The translations under genes were made by a program, and so were the position numbers. A DNA stretch of 55,526 nucleotides from Cladosporium halotolerans. Taxonomy: Eukaryota. The stretch spans positions 1 to 55,526 of the forward strand of contig NW_027191512.1 of assembly GCF_011745625.1 (NCBI RefSeq), given 5' to 3'. Under the pieces are notes generated by a model that was not told the DNA's origin, searched no databases, and was given only the letters and a program-made list of their open reading frames with translations. This document shows, piece by piece, positions 20,800 to 31,843 of the stretch. Numbering within the stretch: the stretch's first letter is position 1; each line of letters opens with the position of its first letter.

Positions 20800-22591
20800 A
20801 TGCCGCAACATCCCATGATGGTTAACACAACCTCCTCAGCCGAGCACTACGGCGGCCCAGGCAGCCCAGCTCCCAACTCTCTATGGCAATGGTTCACCGA
20901 AGCGGAATCCTTTCGCGAAGCGTCCAATGCTTTCGCCCCGGCCCTATGCGCTCTCCATCAGCCCGGCGATCATCTCTCGGGTCTTTTGTCTGCGGGACAT
21001 CTTGCACAACCTAAGGGACACTTCAAGTGGACGTTTTCAGAGTTTCTTACCGCTACAGAGAGTCTTGCGGCTCTATGGGGTCTTGCAGGAGTTCAAAAAG
21101 GCGATTCAGTCTTCACCTTTGTCACAAACTCCGCGGAATGGGCGCTCTTCTTCTGGACGTCAATGAGGATGGGCACGATTTTTGTTCCGCTTGATCCCAA
21201 CACCGTGAAACGAAAGGATGAAATAACCAATCTGATCAAGATGCTACGTCCCACGGTTGTGCTGGCCCAGGATTCGGAGACGGCTGCACTGTATGATGGG
21301 CATAGCCGAGGTGAAGACTCTGCGAGGTTCAAAGTCTTCGGTCAAGGTGGCTTTCATCGTGGATGGAAACACCTCGCGTCCCTCAAACGAGAGCCAGGGC
21401 TGCAAGCGCCTCCGGTAGCAATCGCTGACGATCCGGACACTGCCATTTGCCTTATCATGTTCACATCAGGTACTACAAACTTGCCAAAGGGCTGTCCTAT
21501 CAGTGTCTCGGGTATGGCCGCTCAGATAGGCCAGTATCATCACTCTATTGAGCCGACGAGTTGGACTCCAGAAGCACGCATGCTTATTAACACAAACAAC
21601 TTCCGCCCGATCTGCTACCTTGCATGCATGAATGCCTGGAAAGCGGGCGGCTCCGTCATATTTCCTTCGGTCACATTCTCCCCGACAACGAGCTTGGATG
21701 CTCTGAGAGAGGAAGGTTGTACACATACGTGGTTTGTGCCAGCTCAGCTCAACATGATCTCGTCTTTGCCTGTAAGAGAGGAGAAGAAGCCGTTCACGAT
21801 AAAAGTTGTGATCACGAGCGGCGATCTTGCCGATGAAGCCCTTTTGCATAAAGCAAAAGACGTGCTTCGACCCATGAAAGTCTTGCCTAGTTGGGGCATG
21901 AGTGAGTGTGCGCCGCTCATGGGGTATCGCAGTGACGAGCCTGCACCGAGATATAGATCTGGACTTTCAGGGGTCGGCAGGGCATTGCTAGGAACCTATG
22001 TCAAAGTCGCAGAAACTGGTACAGAGACGGCTACCAGGAAGGGCGAGCACGGAGATCTACATGTGAGTTCGCAGGCGATGATCCGAAGCTACCTCCGAAA
22101 TGTAAAACCCGAAGACTTTTACGACGACCCGGAAGGGAAGAGGTGGTTCAAGACGGGCGACGTAGCTATGATGGAGGATGATGGCGTTGTTTTTGTGGTT
22201 GGTAGAACGAAGGATGTCATCAAGTGCAAGGGTTTTGGGATTGTTCCTAGTATCATGGAGCGATGTCTGGATGATTCCTCCAGGGTGGAAGTGAGTCTTT
22301 AGCTCTACGACTGGTGAGTCTTATGCTGATGTGCTACTGCAGAGCAAGGTTTTCGGTATGGACCATGGAGTGTATGGAGCGATCCCTGTCGCGGTAGTGG
22401 ATCAATTGCCGCCAAAGCAAGGAGTGAAGGATGCGATGAAGGCGAAACTACTTGATTATCTAGGGTCTGAGTATCTTTTAGGAGACGTCTACGAGCTGAA
22501 GGATTTGGACATGGATGAATGGCCGCGCAACTCTTCAGACAAGATTTTGAAGAGTAGCTTACACGAGAAGGTCGTCTCTATGAGCAAATAG
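20800..22591 (+). CDS. AMP-binding enzyme / acyl-CoA synthetase (ANL superfamily)
   Basis: IMFTSGTTNLPKG, WGMSE, WFKTGD, GRTKDVIK; intron 22291-22342; C-terminal PRNSSDKI carries the conserved Lys. Confidence 0.9.
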
Positions 22592-23029
22592 CTAATGGGG
22601 GGAGATAGAGAAGGTATCAATACTCCTAGACAATGGTCGATGGGATTCAGATTTCCTGCATGATGGGATCTGCTTTTAACGCTCCGTTATCGACTCGGTT
22701 CTAGACCCCGGCTAAGAGAGTGTGCTGGTATCAGGCCCGTGACTTGTCTGAAGATCGCGCGAACTGAAGATGGCACGAACTCTCGCTGTCTCACCGGTTT
22801 CAGCTGATTGTAAGTCACCGATAAGATATTCAAAGTGCTGCCTGCGGCAAGCCTCATGTTCGTAAGCGAGCGATGCTTGGTAGAGTCTAGCCCCACACAT
22901 CCAAAGCGTCAGAAGCCGAACTATCTCCAAACATCCTGTTGTACCACATCATCACGAAAACCTTCCATTTCCATCCCTCATAAAGCCCTGGGCGAATGTT
23001 TCAATTCAAAGAAGCGGAATCATCTTCAA

Positions 23030-23911
23030 ATGCCGGCCTCCCTACTTTCTCTTCCTGGTGAACTCCGCGATCAAATCCTTGTCCCCCTCGTCCGGGCGAA
23101 AGGCACGATTGAGCTGCAGTATCCGCTTTGGGCGGACAAATCCGTCTTCGTTCCGCCTATCGCCCAGGTTTGCCGAACATTGCGATCGGACTTCGTACAG
23201 CTGTTCTATAGGAGTAATGTCTTCGTCTGGAAGCTAGAGGCCGAGGCGGTGAGTTGCAATCCTCTTGCGTTTAAAGAGTGATGTAGGAGAGTGGAGTGGA
23301 GCAGCGCTGTGGTATGGATCAGTCTATTCAGTGTAAAAACTCGCCTGACAACGCGTCGATGGATGTGACAGGCTGATTACCTCGACCCGGCGACTTTCCC
23401 TCTCTCCCCAAGCACCGCCTCCACCTCCGCCAGCAGTGGCAAAGACTACGGTCCTACTGGACCCCTCCTCTCCTCCCTGCCATGGCAATATCCGTACGCA
23501 TTGCCCAATATCCGCCACCTACGCCTCACAATCTACCTCCCAGCGCAGTACGACTCGGTCCTCTGGACGGAAAAGTTCGCCGCGCAGCTGGAGGGACTCG
23601 TGCGTGGGACCGAGCAGGGCCGGAAATTGAGGGATTTGCGTGTGTTATTCGCAAGCTGGCATGGGTTGAGGGATCTGAATGACCCCCAAATTGAGGTCCT
23701 GCAGATCCTAAGGAAGATGCAGGTCGGCGGTCTTGTGCAAGTTCGGACGAGGAGTCTGGACGAACGCGGGAAGAAAGTTGTGAGAGAGCTAGAGCTCGAG
23801 CGAGGGATGAGAGCTGGCGAAGCTGTGGAGGAGATGACTGAGCAATCGCAAGGGGAAGGGGCTGGTGGAAAGCACCTTGATTGGGAGTGGGAGGGCGGGA
23901 GGGATTTGTAG
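23030..23911 (+). CDS. Hypothetical protein with N-terminal F-box-like motif
   Basis: MPASLLSLPGELRDQI... then AQVCRTLRSD...FY. Intron 23249-23371 (GTGAGT...CTGAC...CAG) joins in frame to the ORF ending 23911 (NIRHLRL...KLRDLRV). Confidence 0.7.
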
Positions 23912-24194
23912 GCACTATCTTGCAGTCGTGGGTTCGGAGGTGTCTCTATGGTATGAGACCGTCCGGCCAACACAGCCCGACTTTTTGCCTTACAGTTCAG
24001 CGACTCCCCTTAGCCTGCCTGTACTTCGTCTTCAGCCAATTTTTCCAAAACTTCTTGTTCAGCTTTCCCCTCCACAATTTCTCCACGAACAAGAAGGCAA
24101 AGAAAACGGCAAGCCATGCCCAATGTGCATCGCATCCGCAGCCTACCCACCGTCCCTTGTTCGGGAATCGCCACCAAGCACAGTCATCACTATC

Positions 24195-25364
24195 TCATCG
24201 GCCCAAACTCTGCTGACCCACACCCTGCTGTCCTTCGTCCCCCATAGCCAGATCTGGATACCTTACTACCCTTTCCTTGGCCAGCGCAGCATCCCTGACA
24301 AAGCAGTTACTCGCCCAGAAACTGCCCTCGAAGCTCATGTCGTACCAGTAATTCACCGCGCAAGCGAAGCCTTCTTTGCCACTCGTCTGCATGACCTTAT
24401 GGTACCACATTGCCGGCAAGTAAAGCATATCTCCCTCCTCGAGCGTCACATCCAGCTTTCTCGAGAGATACGAGTACTCCGAAGCGCGCGCCTCTGGCAC
24501 CTCAGGGTCCCAAATCGGCACTGGTACCTTCTCAGCGCCATCGCTCGCCTCAATCTTCAATTGCCCACCCTCCGCTGGCGCATACCGCGTCTGCAACAAA
24601 GGCTTTTCATTCACACATGGAGTCTCGATCGGCGGGAGGAGGACGAAGTGCTTCCGCCCAATAACCTGGACGTAGACGTTTTCATAGTTGTCCCGATGTA
24701 GCGCAGTGACAGAACGGGCATTCCCGAGCCAGAAGTTGATGGCGTCTGCGGACTGTTGCAGTGCTATACGCGCCCAGGAAACATCGGAGGGGACGTCCGC
24801 GAAGAGTGAGGCGTACTCGGCGCGGAGATTGTCGTTTTCTAGAGGGCATTATCAGAGAGTGCCGGAGCGAGCAAAACTAGGTTGGACACGTACGGGTCTG
24901 AGCGTATTTTACATTGCGCACTTCCGGAGGCGTGGGAGAGGGCAGAGAGTTGTCCGCCTGCACATAGCGTATGAAATCAACAAAGTTCTCCTTCGTCTGG
25001 TGCGGCTCGACCATCAGCAGCTCGCCGTCGGCGCGCTCGACCACACCGTCTGCATTACTGTCATGCCCTCATCAGCTTCAAAGCCAACAAGCCAACATCT
25101 CACGACAAGCTGACTGACCTACCCATACGGCGTTACAGCCACCTGCACATCCTCGTCCCTCATGATATCAGCGAGGTAAGAGGCGTCCCAGGATTCGCAG
25201 GCTTTCCAGCCTTTGGCGCCGCCGCGGACGACGAAAGGCCGATTCCTGGCAACATATCGCATGAATTCGAGCGCAGAAGGTTCCTCATGTAGCTCGTCGA
25301 TAAGGGTGGCATTAAGTTCGTGATAGGTCGTGATCAGCGTTTCGATGGGATCTTGGGCTGTCAT
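24195..25364 (-). CDS. JmjC/cupin_8 2-oxoglutarate oxygenase, JMJD7-like
   Basis: Three exons (introns 25122-25058 and 24893-24839). PSALEFMRYVARNRPFV, TPYGNAD, YAQTQNDNL, iron ligands LHRDNYEN and YLPAMWYHKV, AVNYWYDM. Confidence 0.9.
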
Positions 25365-25984
25365 GTTGCTTTTGTGAAAGAGCCAATAATGATGAAAGCG
25401 GCGAGGAAATACTGAGAGTCTTGCGTCGGGAAGGAATATAAGTTCTTATTACGAGCTGGTGTGAATGTGGCGGCAGTCAAACATAAAACAGGCCGGGTGG
25501 TGACAGAGAAGCGCTCGGGGTCGGAGGTGCAGAGCGAAGTCGAATTCTTCAGGCTTGAATGAGCGACACCTGCTGTCTAGACTACCATCCTCGAGGTCTC
25601 TTCAACACACTGGACCAGATATAGCTCAGGCCATCTAATCGATGCAGGAGACTCTTCTCTCTTTCTGTACAGCGTACCTAGGTAGGAAAAGAAGCAAGTG
25701 CTCCCTCGAAAGCGATCGGCAAAAGTAAGTGCGATGCGCAGTTCGACGTCAAGGCGTGGCGAGGCGCCAGGACACGCTTGACGAGCCGTCTTGGTATTCT
25801 ACCAGGTACTACGGTCTGCGGCGTGGAGTTTTTTAGACCTGTCTCATCCAGAATGCGTTTCCTTACAGTTCATGGGACCAAATATATCTACCTCACAGAT
25901 CGATAAGCACAATAGCGATATACCCATCTCACTGGCTCTTCCTGTGATCCGCAGCTTCCCAGGCTCGCCACCGTCGGTGCCAGC

Positions 25985-27398
25985 ATGAGCATCTGGCTCT
26001 TACACTTGATATTCGCCTGCATACTCTGCTACTACAAAAAGGTCAGCGCCGATGCAATCCGAGGCGTGAACTTAGGCGGATGGCTCCTGACCGAAGAATG
26101 GTATGTGGTGTGGCAAAAGCAGCCGATATCCACTCCACGATCGCCTGCTGACCGACACCCAGGATAACGCCCTCGCTTTTCCGCTCCACTGGAACCGGGG
26201 ATGAGTGGCACCTCTGCAACGTACTGGGCAAAGAAGGGTGCCGAAAGAGACTAGAGAAACACTGGCGTTCTTTCTTTACTCGTGATGACTTCGAAGACAT
26301 GGCCGAGGCGGGCCTCAATGCTGTCCGCATACCCATCGGATACTGGGCCGTCGACGTCCGCGATGATGAACCATATGTGTCTGGCCAGTACCCTTACATG
26401 ATCCAGGCTGTGCAATGGGCTCGTGAGGTGGGCTTCCGGGTGATGATAGACTTGCACGGCGCGCCTGGAAGTCAGAATGGGCAGGACAACAGCGGGCTGA
26501 TAGGGCCGGTGCTCTTCCCGAGCAACACCTCGAATGCGGACAGAAGCTTGAACGTGCTGCGGAACATATCAGCGGAGTTCTCTCGAGACGTCTACGGTGG
26601 CGCCGTCACAACCATCGAGCTTCTCAACGAGCCCCGCCTGGACGACGACAACTTCCCCATGCCCCAGCTGAAAACCTTCTACGCCGAAGCCGCAGAAACA
26701 GTCCGGGACGCCAGTAGCGACTTGATCAACGTCGTCATCCACGGTACGTAAACACCTCAGCCATCCACCCAAAACACCCCTAACTCCTCCCGCCAGACGC
26801 CTTCTGGGGCCCAACCTACTGGTCCAGCACCTCCAACTCCACCACACTGCCCGACACCCTCGACACGCACCAATACTACGCCTTCCCACCACTCGCCAAC
26901 CTATCACGCTCCGAAATCCTCTCCCGAATCTGCGACACTTCTCAAACCCTCAAAAACAGCAGCCTCTCCCTGCCCGTGCTGGTAGGCGAATTCAGCCTAG
27001 AAACAAACTCCTCTCCGCAAGCCTCGTCGCCGCACGCCGGGCCATCGCAGGAGCAAAGGACGTGGTATCGGCTGCTATTCGAAGCGCAAGCCGCGGCGTA
27101 CTCCCCTCAATCTAATGGCGAGGGGCAGCCGATTCTGGGATGGTATTTCTGGACGTGGAAGACGGAGTGGGAGATCGATACGTGGAGTTATCGGCGGGGC
27201 CGGAGGGATGGTTGGATTCCGGAGGACGTGGGGAATGCGTCGGCGTATGCGTTCCCGGTGCTGGAGAATGGGTGTGTGGATGCTCAGTTTGAGTGGACGG
27301 CGCCGGAGGAGGTTGGAGGGGCGGACAGGGTAGGTGGAGTGGGTTGGATGGGTTGGTGGGTGGTAGTAGGGACTGTGCTGGTGTTAAGTACTTTCTGA
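25985..27398 (+). CDS. Glycoside hydrolase family 5 exo-beta-1,3-glucanase-like, secreted, C-terminal hydrophobic tail (GPI-like)
   Basis: Signal peptide, IRGVNLGGWLLTEEW; introns 26101-26162 and 26744-26796; VRIPIGYW, DLHGAPGSQNG, catalytic LNEP and VGEFS, GWYFWTWKTE. Confidence 0.92.
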
Positions 27399-27672
27399 GC
27401 ACGAATGTTACGGTGGCAATATGCTGAAAGTGTTCAGAGCCATATTTATAAGTTGTATAGACATATGTGGTGACGCCTTGCAAAGATAGAAAGAGAAAAA
27501 GTAATGAAGCTAATGTCGTCGAAACGATCTATCACACGCTCCCATGCACCTGCGTCCCAATGCCAATGCGAAAAAAATGCAGATCATTATTCGTTGTTCG
27601 CCAGCATCCATCAACAGCATCGCTATGCATATTTAGAGATCGTCACCGGCTCCCAGCAAAGCTATTATACCA

Positions 27673-28974
27673 TCAGGTCAAAGCACCGTATGCCCTCTCC
27701 TCTCCTCTCGCTCCACGCTCTCCACTCAGCAAGCCCCTCCTCTCTGCTACCTCCCCGAAACTCGGCACCCACCCTCTCATCCACCCACTAACCCTCCTCC
27801 ACCTGCCCCTTCTCTGCCCGTCTTCAACAACGACCACCTTCTCCTCCGCCTCGCCATACATCAAAAACTGCACCCCAACACTGGCATCCATGACCAAGAC
27901 GCCCGCAGCGCCGAGGAAAAACGGCATGGCAGCCGCCCTCCACACCCCCGGATCCGAGCCACCAGCGCCAGCCCAGCCATGCAGTCCCCAGGGACCGGCG
28001 GAGGACCAAGCCAGCGGGTTGGTGGCGAGCGCGAGAGAATAGAAGAGGTTTCCGCTGAAAGCCGCAGCGAAGAGAGAGGGTGATAGACCAGCAGTCGATT
28101 GCAAGGTGTAGTTCTTGTAGAGTTGGGGGAGGCGAGAGCCGAGGTAGAGGACGGTTGAGAGCCAGGAGAGGATCGTGCCGGCCGTCTCGAGGTTTGTGGG
28201 TCGCTGGGTGATGGAGGCTGCGACAAAATCGTTTGAGGGGTGGTGGATGGGCGATGCTTGGGTCATGGCGATGAGGCAGGCGAGCGCAAGCATTGTTCGC
28301 GGGGAGGGCGAAGGGAATGGTGAGGATGGACCGGAGCGACGGATTGTGTTGCTACGGGGGGTGTTCGATGGGCTTGGGGTGCCTTTCTCGTCCTGTGTGG
28401 GGTCTTTGCGGAAGGTCGGTGTCCGGAAGATCGGCCTGGGTTGTCCAGCCTTTCGCATGCTGCCGCTGTCGCTTGCGTCGTTGCTGGAACGAGGGCTGAC
28501 GCCTTCGATGATCACTCCGTCGAGGCTGCCTTCGCTGTCGGTGCCGTCACCGCCTCTGCCTCGTCGGCGTAGCCGGAACAGATGGCTCCCGTGCTGCAGT
28601 CGCTCGTACCATATCCACTGCATGACAAGGCAGAGGTCGACAAAGACATAGTATCCGCCGATGATCACCTGCCAGTGCGCCTGATGCGTGAACAGCGCCC
28701 CCAACAGGTTTCCCAAATCACCCAAGCACCATTCCACCAGGAAGAATATCGACAAGCCGGAAGTGCTCTTTATGTTGTAGTTCTTGTAAATTTGCGGAAG
28801 CTGCGCGAACAGCCATGAGCAAATGCTCAGTGCACCCAGAAGGTTCGATGTGAAGGCCAGAGGCGTGGGGATGCACACGTGGAATGTGCTGCTGAAGCGG
28901 AGGAGGAAGTCATTCGTTGGCGTGCAGTGGTCGGGCAGAGCAGGTGAGAAGGCAGACGCGGCGATCCATGACAT
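27673..28974 (-). CDS. PQ-loop vacuolar basic amino acid transporter (Ypq/PQLC2-like)
   Basis: Two PQ loops: WLFAQLPQIYKNY...STSGLS and YLGSRLPQLYKNY...STAGLS; multiple TM segments; ATG 28974. Confidence 0.88.
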   Translation of the reverse strand: MSWIAASAFSPALPDHCTPTNDFLLRFSSTFHVCIPTPLAFTSNLLGALSICSWLFAQLPQIYKNYNIKSTSGLSIFFLVEWCLGDLGNLLGALFTHQAHWQVIIGGYYVFVDLCLVMQWIWYERLQHGSHLFRLRRRGRGGDGTDSEGSLDGVIIEGVSPRSSNDASDSGSMRKAGQPRPIFRTPTFRKDPTQDEKGTPSPSNTPRSNTIRRSGPSSPFPSPSPRTMLALACLIAMTQASPIHHPSNDFVAASITQRPTNLETAGTILSWLSTVLYLGSRLPQLYKNYTLQSTAGLSPSLFAAAFSGNLFYSLALATNPLAWSSAGPWGLHGWAGAGGSDPGVWRAAAMPFFLGAAGVLVMDASVGVQFLMYGEAEEKVVVVEDGQRRGRWRRVSGWMRGWVPSFGEVAERRGLLSGERGARGEERAYGALT

Positions 28975-29968
28975 AGCGCCGCCGGTGGGCTGTACAAAAG
29001 GCGTGTCGGCGCCGGGCTTGTGCTCTTCGAAGAATGTTTGGGATGCAGCGGCGTGAAGTGTGGTGCAAGTGGCCGCAAAGACACGAAAGGTAGGCGGCCG
29101 TGTATGTAGCACCCGTTCGGCAAACCAACTCGAACCTTCCGGGCCAGAAAGCGTGGCTATTCCTTGAATTGCTCAGGTGATGTGTGCTGGTCGGAGTCGT
29201 ATAGGTCTTGTGAGTGCCGAGAGATGCGTGCTACTGCTGAGTGACGTAGGAGGGAGTGGACTTAGGTACTATTAGGCGGCGATAGGAAGGGTACTCGAAG
29301 GGAAATGCACAGCCAGAGGAAGTGTAGAGGCAGGCAGACGCAAGAACAGAAGATATTGAAGAAGTAGAAGAGACGGGAGGTAAGAGGGCAATGTGTCACG
29401 GAACGCACCTACCGGCGTCGACGGTCGAGTGTAGCAGACGGGTTGACGGGTTGAGACGGCGGAGGAGCGGACAGTCACCGGCATCACCTGACGATAACGG
29501 GGCTGATGGAGGCTGAGGCGCCGTGCGTAGGTGAGTCCCGCGTGGAGAGAGACATCGGATCAGCGCAGTCAGGTGGTGCGGTGGGCCAGACACGATAGGC
29601 GTGCGCCAGTCACGGCGGCGGTGTTGCATTGCGCCGGCGCAGATAGGCGGCTTGGGAGCGGGAGGCAGTCAGGCGTGTGGTGTCGCGGTGGGTGAGAGTC
29701 CCCGGCGAGAGATAAGAAGCCGCCGAGTCAGCCGCCGGCCGGCGTGGGGCAAAGCTGGAGCCGTGGTGGGGCAGATAAGGTAAGTGACACAGCGCGGCAC
29801 GTGATACGGTCGGAGGCACGGCCTCTGAGATGTCTGCGATGCTTTCCAAACAAAGTATTGCTAATAAGATGTCGCCCATGGAAGAGCAAGAGCAACAGAC
29901 GCGCTTGAAGTGTCGTATATTCCTTACAGATTAATGTCGGTTCAGTACCGCGCCTCATCCTCGATCTC

Positions 29969-31132
29969 TCATCGTCTAATCTTCAGCCCATCATGCTCAG
30001 TATCCACACTCCCACCATGCGTGCTCGCCCAGTCGTCCGGCAGCGTGTAGTCCTTCGGCAGCACATACTGGCCCAGACATGAGCCTTCAGTGCAGCCTTT
30101 CAGCCCGCACCGCCCGTACAACCGGCAATAGCAATCCGCAGCCGACGGGCACGCCAATTCGTTAAGGCGGTCCAGCTCGACCTTCTCGTGCACGCCCGCC
30201 GCAGGCCGCGGTGCGAATTGTCGCGGCGGCAGGAATAGGATGTGCCACACGTACGAGAGAATCCGTCCAGAGATCCTGTCGTCGCGCGGCGCACTGTTCG
30301 GCCCGTCGTCTAGCAGCCATTGCCGCACCGCAGCGTACTCGGCCTGCGAGTGCTTCCAGATGTTGGAGCGGGCGACTGCAAATTGAGCGCAGCACTGCGA
30401 CTTGATCTTATCGGCGCGGCCAGGCTGGACATCGCTCGCAGGCGAGTTGCTAGAGCTGTCGCCGAAGAGATTTGCGAGCGCGCGAGGGATGGCGGCATCA
30501 GAGACAACACGCGCGTTGAATGGCTCAAGCTTGGCCGTCAGACTCGTCTCGATGCTGCCTTGCGGCTGAGAGTCTGCGGGACATGTGCTGGCGCTCCAGT
30601 CGCAGCGGAGGTTGTGGTAGCCAGCGGGCGCGAGCGCGGAGGTGGTGTTGAGAGCGGCGAGTAGGTTTGCGTTGTCATACTCGGGGGAGTCGTTATGCCA
30701 GGCCCACCTAGAGCCGTGTACAAAGACTGCGCCTTGGGCAGGGATGCTGACGTAGTTGTCGATGAGGAAGGTCAAGTATGCCATCGCCTCGTGGCCGCGG
30801 TTGGCGGGAACACGGAGCTGGGTCGGGTCGCCATTGATAGAGCCGTCGACGTCGTAGATGCAGATGTGATATTTGTCCGCGAGATTGCTAACCCACTTAG
30901 AGTCTCCGTCCGAGGCCACTCGCGAGACTACCAAAGCTGGTTTATCTGCATCTGCGAGGCCGGGGCACGTTCCATGTGCTTTGGGAAGGGTCGATGCAGT
31001 CGTTTTGTATTTGACGGTCGACCATGCGAAAGTCTTGCGGCTCGTACCATGCACGCTGAATCCGATGATGAGAAGTAATGCGCCTCCGAACAGAATGAGG
31101 TTGGTGAGGGCACGGCGTGTCGTGCGCCTCAT
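29969..31132 (-). CDS. DUF3431-family type II membrane protein
   Basis: N-terminal TM; VPANRGHEAMAYLTFLIDNY, VFVHG...WHND, GYHNLRC, QCCAQFAV, LSYVWHILF, CYCRLYGRC. Confidence 0.85.
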   Translation of the reverse strand: MRRTTRRALTNLILFGGALLLIIGFSVHGTSRKTFAWSTVKYKTTASTLPKAHGTCPGLADADKPALVVSRVASDGDSKWVSNLADKYHICIYDVDGSINGDPTQLRVPANRGHEAMAYLTFLIDNYVSIPAQGAVFVHGSRWAWHNDSPEYDNANLLAALNTTSALAPAGYHNLRCDWSASTCPADSQPQGSIETSLTAKLEPFNARVVSDAAIPRALANLFGDSSSNSPASDVQPGRADKIKSQCCAQFAVARSNIWKHSQAEYAAVRQWLLDDGPNSAPRDDRISGRILSYVWHILFLPPRQFAPRPAAGVHEKVELDRLNELACPSAADCYCRLYGRCGLKGCTEGSCLGQYVLPKDYTLPDDWASTHGGSVDTEHDGLKIRR

Positions 31133-31843
31133 TGTCTTGCGGCCAACCACTCAAGAGTCAACGGCACCGAGAATCTACTGTATAACGTATAGATGAAAGA
31201 GAAGTAGAAATAATCAGGAGATGTTTCCTAATTGACGAAGACAAGCCTCGCTCGAAGCGCCACATGTGAAATCAAGCACCATTTAACTCAGCAGGTCATC
31301 GCCTCCTCAGCCCTCCCAAAGTTTGACTTGTCGATCGCTTGAATCGCGGGCCGCTGGCGCTAACGATCAGCAACCCACCACATCCTTCCAAATGCCGATG
31401 GAGTCGTGGGACGAGGACCGCGCTCTGATGGCGTGGCGAAGGGAGGGTGAATGATACAAATAGTGTATCGTCCATGCCCTATCACTATCCTTCAGCGAGC
31501 ATGGCTTCTCAGTAGATGAGCTAACGTGTTGTGCCGCCCAAGGTCGACTTTATCGAGTCTGACGCTGGCGGTTCGGATGTGAAGTGATGCTGAGCGGGTG
31601 AGAGGAGGCCATCTTCATGGATCGGGAGTCGCATGTAAAGGCCGGTCATGCTGTGAGTTAAGGTGTCATAGTAACCTTTCACAAGCTTTGGTACACGAAC
31701 AGGGATGGTTCGGCTTGGCCTCGTAACACAAGGACCGAACCAAGCTATTGGGAAGGGCATGTACTATGTATACATGCTTTAATTATACTGCCATCTGGGT
31801 ATCATGCAAAGCGCACGAGGTGAAGGGTGTAGTGCCGTCCTGC

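Noticed and set aside
12995..23911. Secondary-metabolite gene cluster (esterase, methyltransferase, AMP-binding enzyme)
   Set aside because: No PKS, NRPS or terpene synthase; the methyltransferase is a primary sphingolipid enzyme.
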